Shown here: positions 32,808-44,808 of the stretch, piece after piece
How positions within the stretch are numbered: the stretch's first letter is position 1
Layout: every line of letters starts with the position of its first letter
NCBI GenBank assembly: GCA_963785305.1
Contig: CAWAUV010000008.1
Coordinates: 480,001-544,000 of the forward strand
Direction: 5' to 3'
DNA length: 64,000 bases
From: an uncultured Planctomycetaceae bacterium
GTDB taxonomy: Bacteria; Planctomycetota; Planctomycetia; Pirellulales; PALSA-1355
Notes under the pieces: model-generated
Told to the model about the DNA's origin: nothing
The model's database searches: none
Seen by the model: only the letters and a program-made list of their open reading frames with translations
Position numbers and translations under genes: made by a program

Positions 32808-33010
32808 GAACGCAATGTCAATCACTGCGACTCGCGCCGTGATAACCGACTTTCTTTCTCTTCACAAGGTCTGGGGCAATGACCAATCGCGTGTTCCACC
32901 CGACGCGGAGTCTCGCCGTCGATTTCTCTCGCGGACCTGATGGAACAAACGCGACCGCGAGACGGACGAGTTATGTGCCGGACATTCAAGGGCGCCGATT
33001 GGCCCTCCGC

Positions 33011-33998
33011 GTGTCGCGGCGAGTGCCGCGGAGCGCATTGCCCGTCGCGCTTGTCTTCGTGGCGCTTGTCTCAGTCGCGATGGGCGCGGTCGACGACGCC
33101 TCGCCGGCGGCGCCGGTCGCCGCGCCCGGCGACGCGCTTGTTGCGCGGCTGCATTTGGAGCCGTTTTATAAAAAGTGCGTCATCGTCGGCGAGCTGCCGA
33201 TCCTCGCATCGGAAAAAGTCTCCGACGCGGCGCTGCGCGAAGCGGCGTATCTTGTCGAGCATGTGCTCCAGGGCCGACCCGATCTGATCTCCGCAATGGT
33301 CGCCCACGGCGAGCGCATCGCCGTGATGGCGCCGTCGGAGTTCACGACCGACATTCCTGAATATCGTGAAATGAAGCCGGTCGAGTTTTGGAATCGCCGC
33401 TCGCGCGGCATGGGCGGCGACGCAAACCGCCCGGTAGTGACCTGCGGCGAGGAAAATCTGCTTAACCTCGATGGCGATCCGTATCTCGGCGAGAACATCT
33501 TGATTCACGAACTGGCGCACGCCATCCATCTGGTGGCGCTCAAAGCGGTCGATCCCGAGTTCGAGCCGCGGCTGAAAGTCATCTTCGATCAGGCTCGAGC
33601 CGAGGGTCTTTGGAAAGGCACATACGCATTTGGCTATTTCACGGAATACTGGGCCGAGGGAGTGCAGTCGTGGTTTGACACGAATCGCAGCAACGATCAT
33701 GATCACAACGACATCGACACCCGCGACAAATTGCGCCGCTACGACCCTCGTCTGGCCTCGCTAATCGAAGAGGTGTTTCGTCAAAACGAATGGCGCTATG
33801 CGCCGACAAATCGTGACCCACCGCGCAAGCATCTCGCCACATTCGATCGCGCGGGCCGGGGCGTTTAGCTGGCCACCGGAATTCGAAGCCGTGTATCGCG
33901 AGCATCTCGCCAAGGAATTAGCAGCTCGCGCCGCCGCGGAACACGTGCGCGCTTCCGAACCCACCTCGACACAACAAGAACAGAAAGACACGAAATGA
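33011..33998 (+). CDS. Secreted HExxH zinc-metallopeptidase-like protein; frameshift near 33855; start uncertain
   Basis: Hydrophobic signal-like N-terminus, RGMGG, ENILIHELAHAIH, EYWAEGVQSWF. The shifted C-terminus ends in an ATGA overlap with the next gene. Confidence 0.7.
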
Positions 33999-34940
33999 GT
34001 ATTTCCTGGCGCGGCGTGTTTCCGGCAGTCACCACGCAATTCCATCGCGATTTTTCGCTCGATCTGCCGGGAACCTTGGAGCAGATCGATCGCCTGTTGA
34101 ATGCGGGCGTGCATGGAGTGGTGCTGCTCGGCACGGTCGGCGAAGTCTGTTCGCTCGAACCCCATGAGAAACTCGAGTTGCTTCGCGCGGCGGTCGCGCA
34201 TGTCGGAGGCCGGGCGCCGCTCTTGGCCGGAGTCGCCGAATACACCACGGCCCAAGCGTGTCGCTTCGCCGAAACCGCCGCGCGTCTCGGCGCGAGCGGG
34301 CTGATGGTGCTGCCGGCCATGGTCTACAAGTCGGACCCCGAGGAGACGATCGCGCATTTTCGGGCCGTGGCCGGCGCGAGCTCGGCGCCGATCTTGTGTT
34401 ACAACAATCCGGTCTCCTATGGCGTCGATATCACGCCCGAAATGTTCGTCGAACTTTCCGACGAGCCGAACCTCGTGGCGATCAAGGAATCGAGCGACAA
34501 TGTGCGCCGCGTGACCGAGCTGCGCAATCGGCTTGGCGATCGTTATTTGATCTTCTCGGGCGTCGACAATTTGTTTCTCGAGAGCATGGTGCTCGGAGTC
34601 GACGGCTGGGTTGCGGGACTCGCCAACGCGACTCCCTGCCGAAAGCCTGCAACTTTGGGACTTGGCCTCGGAGGGCCGCTGGGACGAGGCCCGCTCGCTC
34701 TATCGCTGGCATGCGCCGCTGTTCGAGCTCGACACCCGCGTGAAGCTCGTGCAATGCATCAAGCTGGCGATGACCGAACTGGGCCACGGCGCCGAAATAG
34801 TCCGCGCCCCGCGGCTGCCGCTCGCGGGCAGCGAACGCAAGGAAGTGCTGGCGACGATCCGCCATGCCCTCGCCACCCGCCCCCGCGAACTCGCGGGGCG
34901 ACGCTGGCCAAAAGAGACGAAGGGCGTTGTCAACGCATAA
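33995..34940 (+). CDS. DapA/DHDPS family lyase, probable 1-pyrroline-4-hydroxy-2-carboxylate deaminase type; frameshift near 34635
   Basis: WRGVFPAVTTQF, LGTVGE, YNNPVSYGVD, AIKESSD, GWVAGLANA, KLVQCIKLA, VRAPRLPL. Confidence 0.85.
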
Positions 34941-34950
34941 TTGTCCATGG

Positions 34951-35031
34951 CGTGCCATGCCCACGCTTGGGTGGGCATGCTTGGATGATCACTGCAATAA
35001 AACATGCCCACGCGAGCGTGGGCATGGCACG
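34951..35031. repeat. REP-like atgcccac...gtgggcat hairpin pair (degenerate family-B core)
   Basis: cgtgccatgcccacgcttgggtgggcatg ... catgcccacgcgagcgtgggcatggcacg. Confidence 0.8.
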
Positions 35032-35097
35032 CGCGGTAATTTTAAGCCGTGATAGAGAATAAAGTCCGATCCAAGAACCATCGGCGAGCCCTCACCC

Positions 35098-35130
35098 CTC
35101 CCGCCTCTCCCCAATGGGGAGAGGCGGGAG
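35098..35130. repeat. REP-like hairpin (ctctccc...gggagag family); possible bidirectional terminator
   Basis: 15-bp perfect stem between convergent genes. Related units at ~42821-42858 and ~56861-56892. Confidence 0.7.
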
Positions 35131-35144
35131 TTGCTGGATTGGCT

Positions 35145-36637
35145 CTACGCGATAATCTCGTTCACCACTTGCCCATGCACATCCGTCAAGCGGTAGTCGC
35201 GGCCTTGGAAGCGGTGCGTAAGGCGTTCGTGGTCGAAGCCGAGCAGGCGGAGGATCGTGGCTTGGAAATCATGGATATGCACCTTGCGCTCGGCGATCGA
35301 GAAGCCGAGCTCGTCGGAAGCGCCGAGCGAGAAGCCGCGTTTCACGCCGCCGCCAGCGAGCCAGAGCGTATAGCAATCGGGATAATGATCGCGGCCCAAG
35401 ATCGCGCTGGCCGCCGTGCGACCCTCGCGAAATGGAGTGCGCCCAAATTCGCCGCCGCACACGACCAGCGTGTCGTCGAGCATGCCGCGCTGCTTGAGAT
35501 CCTTTAAGAGCGCCGCGATCGGCTTGTCCATCGTGGCGCATTTCTTCGTGAGGCCCTCGCGCAAATCTTCTTGCGGGCCGGTGCCGTGAAAATCCCAGCC
35601 CCAGTCGAAAAGCTGCACGAACCGCACTCCCTGCTCCGCCAGCCGCCGCGCTAACAGGCAATTGTTCGCGAAACTCGATTCGCCCGGCCGGGCGCCATAG
35701 TTCGCGAGCGTCGCGGGCGTCTCGCGCGAAATGTCCATCACCTCGGGCGCGGCGGTTTGCATGCGATAAGCGAGCTCGTACTGCGCAATGCGCGTGGCGG
35801 TTTCCGGATGCCCCAACTCCTGGGCCTGCATTTCATTGAGATCGCGCATCGCGTCGAGCGACGCGCGGCGAGCTCGCGCGACATGCCCGGCGGATCGGAG
35901 ACATAGAGCACCGGATCGCCCTTCGAGCGGCATTGCACACCCTGATACACGCTGGGCAGGAACCCGCTGCCAAACGAATTCTTGCCGCCATTGGGTTGCA
36001 CGCCGCTCGAAATCAGCACCACGAAGCCCGGCAGATTTTCATTCTCCGAGCCCAGGCCATAGGTGACCCAGGAGCCCATCGAAGGCCGGCCGGGACGGGC
36101 AAAGCCGGTGAAGAGCAGCAATTCGGCCGGCGCGTGATTGAATTGATCGGTGGTCATCGACTTGATGACGCATAGTTCATCGGCCACGGTCTGAAGATTG
36201 GGCAGCGCGTCGGAGAGCCACACGCCTCCCTCGCCGTATTGAGCAAAGGCGCGCGGTGTGCCCAGCAAATTCGGCGTGCCGGTGGTGAAGGCGAATCGCT
36301 TGCCTTTGAGCACCGACTCCGGCGCCGGCTGGCCGCTGCGTTTTATAAGCTCGGGCTTGTAGTCATACATATCCAAGTGCGGCGGCGAGCCGGTCAGGTG
36401 CAGATAGATCATGCGCTTCGCCTTGGCCGGCAAAGGCGGGAGCTTGGCCGCCAGCGGGTTGACGACGCCCGCCGGCGCGGCGCTCGGCGCCGCGATGCCG
36501 GCGGAGGAATTCGCCTCGGCCGCGCGGCCATCGCGATTGAGCAGCGCCGCCAGGGCCAGCGAGCCGACGCCGACTTGGCAGTGTGTCAGGAAATGCCGCC
36601 GCGTGAGCTGTTGCAATTGCTCGAAGCGAGGATCCAT
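35145..36637 (-). CDS. DUF1501 family protein with Tat-like signal; frameshift near 35875
   Basis: LTRRHFL, AKAKRMIYLHLTGSPPHLDMYDYKP, FNHAPA, RPSMGSWVTYGLG, GEFGRTP, GRDH, RLTDVHG. Confidence 0.93.
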
Positions 36638-36664
36638 GACTCTCCGTCCCTTCAGTCGATCGCG

Positions 36665-39600
36665 CTAGGGTTTCATCAAGGTTTCGTCGAGGTTCAAGAG
36701 CACATTGGCCACCACGGTCCAAGCGGCCAAGTCCGCGAGATCGGCGCCCGCGGGCGGTGGCCCGAGCGGTTCGCTCGCCATTCGCCGCGCCGCGTCGGCA
36801 TTGGCCAAGTACGTGGAACGCGCCCGCTCATGGAGCGCCATCAAGCGGGCCAGTTCCGATTCGCGCGGATCGCGCGCGAAGCACAGGCGAAAGCCGCGCC
36901 GGATCACATCGGCAGGCTCGCTACCCACCGGCGACTGACCCGACGATTGGCCCGGCGACTCGCTCGTCGCTTGCTCCGGCGGCGCCGGCTGGCCGACCAT
37001 TCGCCGCGCGAGCGATTGGGCCGCTTCCACATATACCGGGTCGTTCATCGTCACCAGCGCTTGCAGCGGTGTGTTCGTGCGGGAGCGACGCAGTGTGCAA
37101 ACCTCGCGATTCGGGGCGTCGAACGTGGCCATCGAGGGGTAGGGGCTCGAGCGACGAATCGTCGTGTACACGGCGCGGCGGTAGCGATCCTCGCCCTCGC
37201 TGGTTTGCCAGTCCGTCGCGCCGCCAAACGCCGCGGTCAAACCGCTCGCCGGTTGGGCCGGTTTCACCGGCGGCCCGAACATCTTGCCACTCAACAGCCC
37301 GCTGACCGCGAGCGCTTGGTCGCGCACCATTTCGGCCGAGAGCCGCACTCGCGGCCCGCGGGCAAGCAGCCGATTGTCGGGATCGCGCCGCTCCAGTTCC
37401 GGAGTCACGCGCGACGATTGCCGATAGACCGCCGTCATGACGAGCGATTTGATAAACGCCTTCATATTCCAGCCGCCGCCCGAGAGTTCCGTGGCCAGCC
37501 AGTCGAGCAGTTCGGGATGCGAAGGCAGGTCGCCTTGCGAGCCAAACTCCTCGCTCGTGGCCACGATGCCGATTCCGAAAATCTGCTCCCAGAGGTGGTT
37601 GGCCGTGACCCGCGCGGTGAGCGGATTTCGCTCGTCGACGAGCCAGCGAGCCAAGGCGAGACGGTTTCGGGGCGCGTCGATGACCAGCGGCGGAAACACG
37701 GCCGGCACATCGGCCGTGACCTCATTGCCCACATTCGAATAATTGCCGCGAACTTGCACTCGCGTCACGCGACGCATCTTGGGCGAGCGGTCGCGCATAA
37801 TCGGCACGGTCACCGGCTTGATTTCGGCCAGAAGCTTATTCACCGCCGCGATGCGCTCGCGCGTGGCCGCCAAGCGCGGGGCAATCAAACGGTAATGCTT
37901 CGTCACGCGATCGGCTTCTTCCGGAGTGCGCTCGTCGCGCGGAATTTCGATCGCCGCGAGAACCGCTTGCGGAGTCGATGCATATTCCATGGCTCGAGGA
38001 TCGTCCGTCACCGAAAGTCGAAAGCGGCCGAGCGTGTGCCGCGGCATGGTCGAATGGTGTTCCAAGGTCACTCGCAGCCGTGTTCCCGGAAGTATCCGCG
38101 GCGCACGGCGATTTCGAGCATGAGCGCGTGGGGCTTGCCGATCTGACCGCCCACGGCCCAGCCCTTACGGTTCGCGGCAATCGGAGCGAGCAAACTGGCG
38201 GCTTCATATTTCGGTTGGCTGAAGTCGGCGAGCGCCGCGGTAAATTCGACCGGCGCCGGATCGGCGATCGCAAGCTCGGCGCTCGGATGCGGGGCCGGGA
38301 GATTCGACCGCCGCCAAACGATCTCGCGCCGCTCATCGAGCAACGTCACGCGAAAGTTCTTGGTTCCCTGCCACATCTCGCCATCGGTGCGATTCCAAAC
38401 CACGATGCGGTCGATGGCGTGCTCGCTTTTAAGATCGACTTCCCACCAGGGGTCGTCGGATTTCGCGGTGTGCGTGGTCGAATGCGCTTCGTGATAATGA
38501 CCGTTCGTGTCGCCATCGATCGCGAGCTCGGCGAGGCCGCCGTAGTCGGTGCTGCTTTGCGACGCGGCGCCTCGGGTCGCGAGGTTCTCGGCGCCTTCGA
38601 ACACTTGCACTTCGGCCAGATACAAATGCCGCTCCTTGCCCGGGAGCTCGATCCGCACATAGCGGCCGCGGAGCGCGGCGTCGGGTGGCGGCAGGACATC
38701 GGCGGCGATGCGCGTGAGCACGAAATTGCCGCCCGCCTGGCCCGGACCCTTGCCGGGGAGCGAATCATCGGGCATTGCTTCGAGCCGCAAGACGCCCGCG
38801 CGTGCAACGGCGGCGGGCGCATCGCTGGAGTCGTTGGCCGCGAGCGGGGCTTCGATCGTATAGCCGTCTTGATTGGCGGTCGATGGCGCCAGGATCGCGC
38901 CATCGTCGGACACCTGGCACAAAGCGTCGGACTCGGCCTTGACCGCGTCCGGATGCAAAACCCGCCACCGCACATCGCGCGGGAAGCTAGCGTCCCACGC
39001 TTGTTCGTCGGCGGTGAGCTCGTTTGTCGTCGCGCGGCCCTGGGCTTCGAGCGCGGCGAGCTCCTGCTCGAGCGAGGTTTTTTCGCGCAGCTGCGAGTCG
39101 CCATGGATCGAGAGCACCGGCGATTCGTCGCCGCGATCTTCGTCTTCGCTCTGGTTGAAGAAGTCGAACAGGCGGAAATATTCTTCCTGCGAGATCGGAT
39201 CGTATTTGTGGTTATGACATTGGGCGCAAGCCGCCGTGGCGCCCATCCACACCGCCATCGTGGTGTTCACTCGATCGACGATCGCCACACTGCGAAATTC
39301 CTCGTCGTTCGTGCCGCCTTCATTATTGGTTTGCGTGTTGCGATGAAACGCGGTGGCGATCAATTGTTCCGTGGTCGGGTCCGGCAAGAGATCGCCGGCG
39401 ATTTGCTCGATGGTGAATTGATCGAACGGTTTATTCGCGTTCAGCGAGTCGATCACATAGTCGCGATATCGCCAGATGACGCGGGGCCGATCATCGGCAT
39501 AGCCCGCCGAATCGGCATAGCGAGCCATGTCGAGCCACCACCCGGCCCAGTGCTCGCCAAACGCCGGCCGCGCCAAAAGACGGTCGACCTGCCGCTCATA

Positions 39601-40257
39601 AGCGCCAGATGCTTGGTCGGCGGCAAATGCCTCGAGCTCCGCGGGCGAGGGCGGTAACCCGATCAAATCGAGCGACAATCGCCGCAGAAGCGTCGCGCGA
39701 TCGGCTTCGGGCAAGGGTTGCAATCCCTCCTGTTCGAGCCGCGCGAAAAGGAACCGGTCGATCGGCGATCGAGACCATCGAGCGTCTGACCCAGGCGGCG
39801 GCTCCGGGCGATGCGGCTTTTGATATGACCAATGCCCGGCGTGTCGTGCGCCCTCGCGCACCCAGGCGGTGAGCCGCTCGATCTCGCGAGGCGAAAGCTT
39901 CTTGCCGGTCTCGGGCGGCGGCATGCGATCGTTGGCATGGGCGGTCGTGATGCGGGCGATCAATTCGCTCTTCGCCGGATCGCCCGGCGCCACGGCGACG
40001 CGGCCATCGCCCAGATCGGCCCGGTAGCCGTCGGGAGTGTCGAGCCGGAGGCCGTCGACTCCGCCCTTGCGCTGCTCGGAGTCGGGGCCGTGGCAATAGA
40101 AACAGTTGTTCGAGAGGATCGGACGAATCTCGCGGGCGAAGTCGACCGGCGCCTCGCCGGCGCGGTTGGCTCTGGGCGATTGGCCGCGGACCACACTGCC
40201 GGCGCAGGCCAAAAGCGCCGCCGCGAGCAGCGCGACGCGATAAGAGCGCGACAGCAT
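36665..40257 (-). CDS. PSD1 / planctomycete cytochrome c protein (DUF1549 + DUF1553) with a discoidin-like insert; frameshift near 38080
   Basis: VDFAREIRPILSNNCFYCHG, CAQCHNHKYDPI, WLDMARYADS, NPLTARV, PSHPELLDWLA, TNTPLQAL, LLNLDE. Confidence 0.93.
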
Positions 40258-40595
40258 CTCGGTTCACTCCAGTTGAATCGCCGAGCGTCTCGCGAGAAAC
40301 GATCGCTGAGGCAAGACCACCGCGGGAAGGATTTTTGGGGGAAGGCGCGGCAGGCAGGTCGACAAGCCCGAGGCATTGTCGAATTCGCACAACCGATTTT
40401 ATCTGAATCAAAATAGAAACGCGAATGTCGCGGCGACGAAAAGACTTTCGATAGCCTCCTAATGTTTCCGGGCGATGCTTTTTCCGCATCGGCGACGCGG
40501 CCGACATCGCCTTGTGTTGTCAAATAGACAACAATCGACTAGGATCATTTGCGACACATGTCGAGATCGCCTGGAAAACCGCGAGTGCCCCGCCG

Positions 40596-42585
40596 ATGGC
40601 AATTCCTGCTGTACACGATGGGCCGGGCCTTGCCCCGCTCCGCGAAGAGCCGGAGCTCGCGGCGCTGGGGGCCGAAATTCTCTGGCAGGCGCCGACGGCC
40701 GACGATGTTGTCGCATTTTTGACACAAATGCTCGTGACACTCGTCGCCCGACTCCCGGCCAGGAGCGGCGCTGTGTACCGCAACGACGCCGGTCGCTGGC
40801 GAATAATCGCCAAACAGGGCGCCGCCGCGACGGGCGCCAACGGCGCGGACGCCGCCGAATCGCGCGCGGCGGCGAGCGTTTCGCATCCCGCCCCGACCGA
40901 ACTGCTCGCCGAATGCTCGATCGCGGCTGCGCATGTGTCGCCGAGCGATGGGTCGCCGCGCCCTGCGGCGGGCCCGGCGGAGAGATGCTGCTTCTGGAAG
41001 CCTCCACGACGCTGCGCGGCCGCCGAGGCGCGTCGCAAGCTCGATTTGCTCGCCCCGGCGCGGCAAGCGGCGATGAGCGCCGCGCTTGCCCGCTCGGCCG
41101 ATCGGCGACGCATCGTGCGGCTGGAAACGATTCTCGAAATCGCCAACCGTTGGAACCAAACCAATGAGATGGAGCCGCTCTTGGTGCAAATGGCCGAGGC
41201 CGCCGCGCGATTGCTCGGCGCCGATCGGGCCAGCATCTTTCTTTGGGATCGACCGAATCGCCTGCTGATCGGCCGCCCGGCCCTGGGAGTGCCCGGCGGG
41301 GAACTGCGCGTGCCTGACCACGCCGGCATCGTCGGCCAAGTGATCGCCGATGGCCAGCCGCGCCGAATTGCCGCGCGCGACGAGGCGCCGATCAATCGCC
41401 AAGTCGATCGGCAGCTTGACTATCAGACCCACACATTGCTATGCGTGCCTCTGCGCGGCGCGGGCGAGCTCTTCGGCGCGTTCGAGGTCATCAACAAACA
41501 TTCCGGCGACTTCACTCGCGACGACGAAGACGGCGCTCGTCGAACTGGCCAGCCATGCGGCCGTGGCGCTGGAAAACACGCAGCAGTTCGAGCAACTGCT
41601 AGCCAGCCATCGGCGGCTGGTCGATCTTGCCGCCGAGCGGGTGCAATTGATCGGCGCGAGCCCGGCGATCGAAGCGCTGCGGTCGATCGTGCGCCGGGTG
41701 GCGGAAACCGAGCTGGCGATTCTGATTCTCGGTGAGAATGGCACGGGCAAGGAAGTCATCAGCCAGTTAGTGCATTACTTGAGCCCGCGGCGCGATCGGC
41801 CATTTATCGCGGTGAACTGCGCGGCGATCACGGAAACGCTGCTCGAAAGCGAACTGTTCGGCCACGAGAAAGGCGCCTTTACCGATGCCCATGATAGCCA
41901 TGTGGGCAAGTTCGAGCTCGCCGCCGGCGGCACGCTGTTTCTCGACGAAATCGGCGACCTGAGTCCCTCGGGCCAGGCCAAGCTGCTGCGAGTGCTCGAG
42001 GAAAAAGTGGTGGTGCGCGTGGGTGGGTCCAAGCCGATTCATGCCGATGTGCGCGTCGTGGCGGCGACGAATCAGAACTTGGCGGAGATGGTGCGACAGA
42101 AGCGGTTTCGGCAAGACCTCTATTTCCGGCTCAATGTGGTCACGCTCGAACTGCCGCCGCTGCGCGATCGGGGCGACGACGTGACGCTCTTGGCCGAGCA
42201 TTTCCTGGCCGACTTTTGCCGCAAAGGACGCCGCAAGCAGCTCCGCTTCACCGCCGCGGCCCGCAAGCGGCTGCAATCGCATGCGTGGCCGGGCAATGTT
42301 CGCGAGCTGCGGAATCTAATGGAGCGGCTGGCCTATCTTTCGCCGAGCGAGAAGATCGACGCCGAGGACCTGGCGTTTATTCTCTCGCCCGGCGCCGAGT
42401 CTCCGCCCTGGATGGTGGATAATCTACCGCTGGCGGAAGCGACCGACACCTTTCAGATCGAATACATCCGCCGGACGATCGATCGGGCCGGCGGCAACAT
42501 GAGCCTCGCGGCCGAGCGCCTGGGCCTGCACCGCTCGAACCTCTACCGCAAAATGCGGCAATTGGGCATGCCCACCAGCGACTGA
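40596..42585 (+). CDS. GAF-containing sigma54-dependent Fis-family activator; frameshift near 41530 and probably others upstream
   Basis: [48 protein letters not shown]-terminal HTH. Confidence 0.92.
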
Positions 42586-42665
42586 ACCGGGAAGGGACGC
42601 GTCGCAAGGAGCTCGCGGCGCATGGCGAAGCCAGCGAGCGCCGCCAATCGGTCGCCAAAACGTAG

Positions 42666-42802
42666 TGCATTGTCACAATTGAAATGACGGGTTGGATTGG
42701 TTCCGTGTGCCATGCCCACGGCCCTGCGTGGGCATGAGGACTCCGCGTGGCGCTCGAAAACATGCCCACGGGGTTACCTATCATTGCAGCCGTGACAAAG
42801 CA
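42666..42802. mobile_element. MITE-like element family B, short copy
   Basis: tgcattgtcac.../...gccgtgacaaagca ends, GTAG duplicated on both sides (42662-42665, 42803-42806). Confidence 0.8.
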
Positions 42803-42896
42803 GTAGAGCCTATCCGACAACTCCCCCTATCCCCATTGGGGAGAGGGGAGGGCGAGGGCTCGCGCAAGTTCTCGGATCGGCGCTTGGCTGCCGCGC

Positions 42897-43745
42897 TTAG
42901 TTGCCCGTCGAGTTGAAGGTCGGGCGAGGCGTGGGCGTCGCGCGACGCGCCGCGGGCATGCTCGCGCCCATCGAGCCGAGCATCGAACGGCCCATGGCCG
43001 CGTAGGTGCGCACTTGTTGGGCGATCCGCTGGGCTTCGTGCATATTGACCGCGGCTGGCAGCTTCTGAAGGCCGCCGCTCTTGGCGTCGTTGAGCGCCTT
43101 GGCCTCGGCCAAGAGCGCCTTGCGTTTTTCTTCCGACGCCGCGAGCCAGTGCTCGTCGTGCGTGAGCGCGTCGAGCCGCTCGCCGCTATATGCTTTGTGC
43201 GCTATCTCCCACATCGTGAGGGCGTGTTGATAGCCCTCGTCTTCGTCGAGAAACTTGGCCCGAATCTTGGGAACCACATCGGCATGTTCGGGGTCGCCCT
43301 CGGTCTTGCCGATTTCGGCCAAATACTCCGGCGAATGCAGCACCCGGCTCTCGGCCGACTGCAGGGCGGCGCGGGCTTGCTCGTAGCGTTTCTTGTCCTT
43401 GACCAAGCCCGAATCGCCGCCGGCGGAATCGAGCATCTCCGCTTCGGCCGCGGCCATGTCTTTATTGGCTTGGCGCTGGTCGCCGTGCGAGGCGTCGATT
43501 GCTTCGCGGTCGCCCGAAATGCGGGAATTGGCGGCGTCGACCACGACCTTGTTTTCAGCCGCGACTTCATCGGCCCGATTGGCGATCGCATCGAACGCGG
43601 CGACCTGCATGCGAATCGAAGCGATCGCGCGGCCTCGCATATTGCCGCCCGAATAACCGCGATGGTGGCGATAGGCGAATGCCAGCGCGGGGCCGAGTCC
43701 GATCCAGGCCGCCAAAAGAATCAGTAAGCAGAAACTTCGTTTCAT
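42897..43745 (-). CDS. Secreted alpha-helical hypothetical protein, paralogue A
   Basis: Signal peptide MKRSFCLLILLAAW...AFA. Collinear similarity to 43876..44703. Confidence 0.8.
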   Translation of the reverse strand: MKRSFCLLILLAAWIGLGPALAFAYRHHRGYSGGNMRGRAIASIRMQVAAFDAIANRADEVAAENKVVVDAANSRISGDREAIDASHGDQRQANKDMAAAEAEMLDSAGGDSGLVKDKKRYEQARAALQSAESRVLHSPEYLAEIGKTEGDPEHADVVPKIRAKFLDEDEGYQHALTMWEIAHKAYSGERLDALTHDEHWLAASEEKRKALLAEAKALNDAKSGGLQKLPAAVNMHEAQRIAQQVRTYAAMGRSMLGSMGASMPAARRATPTPRPTFNSTGN

Positions 43746-43875
43746 GGGAAGAGCCTCCCGACACGTCGGAATGTCCGACGGGTTCTCGGTTTTCGCTTCC
43801 GTTGCAGTTTCCGCGCGATCTCGGCACGCGCGATCCGTCAGTTGCCCGACGACTTGGTCGTGGGCGGGGCCGGTT

Positions 43876-44703
43876 TCACGGGCTTGGCCGCCGTGGTTCC
43901 GGCATTGCGCCCATGGCCCCAAGCATGCCGCGACCCTGGGCCGCATAGGCCCGGGCCTGCTGAGCCACGCGCTGGGCCTGATGCATCGCCACGGCGGCCG
44001 GCAGCTTTTGCAAGCCGCCGCTCTTGCCATCGTTGAGCGCTTTACTTTCGGCCAGCAGGGCCGCCCGCGCCTCGGAAGAAGCGGCCAGCCAGTGTTCGTC
44101 ATGCGTGAGCGCTTCCATTCGCTTGCCGCTAAACTGCTTGCGGGCCACCTCATACATCGTCAGCGCGTGTTGATAGTCGTCGTCGGCCGAAAGGTACTTT
44201 TCGCGAATCTTGGGCATCTTGGCGGCCCGATCGGGAGCGCCGTCGAGCTTGGCGATTTCGGCCAGATATTCCGGCGACTTCAGCACCCGATTTTGCTCCG
44301 TTTGCATGGTCGCGCGCATCGATTCGTATTTGTCCTTGCTGATCACGATTTCCGAATCCGTGCCGGCGGCGTCGAGGATGTCGCGCTCGGCGCTGGCCAT
44401 GTCGGAAGTGGCTTTCTTGCCATCGGAATGGGCATCGGCAATCGCCTGGCGATCGCTCGAAAGCCGCGTGTTGGCCGCGTCGACCTTGACTTTGTTCGCG
44501 GCGACGACCGCGTCGGCCTGTCGAGCAATGGCGTCGAACTGAGCGACTTGTCCGCGGATCGCGCTGATCGATCTGGCCCGCGCCGCGCCGCTCGAATAGT
44601 GATGATGCCGAGCCTGGGCCATGAAGGGCCAACCCGAGATCAGCACCAAAGCCAACGACAGGCTTGCCACCGCCGTGCGAGACACCATGGATTCATTCCC
44701 CAT
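43876..44703 (-). CDS. Secreted alpha-helical hypothetical protein, paralogue B
   Basis: Signal peptide ending AQA. Shares SPEYLAEI, YQHALTM, ALTHDEHWLAAS and KSGGLQKLPAAV with paralogue A. Confidence 0.8.
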   Translation of the reverse strand: MGNESMVSRTAVASLSLALVLISGWPFMAQARHHHYSSGAARARSISAIRGQVAQFDAIARQADAVVAANKVKVDAANTRLSSDRQAIADAHSDGKKATSDMASAERDILDAAGTDSEIVISKDKYESMRATMQTEQNRVLKSPEYLAEIAKLDGAPDRAAKMPKIREKYLSADDDYQHALTMYEVARKQFSGKRMEALTHDEHWLAASSEARAALLAESKALNDGKSGGLQKLPAAVAMHQAQRVAQQARAYAAQGRGMLGAMGAMPEPRRPSP

Positions 44704-44808
44704 AAATTTCCGCCGAATGCGCTCCCGCCTGGGCCCATTCCCTCGGAGCGCATCCTTGATTGTCGAGCAACCCGCGAATTTTGTCTAGGGAATTCTTGCC
44801 GGTTGATG

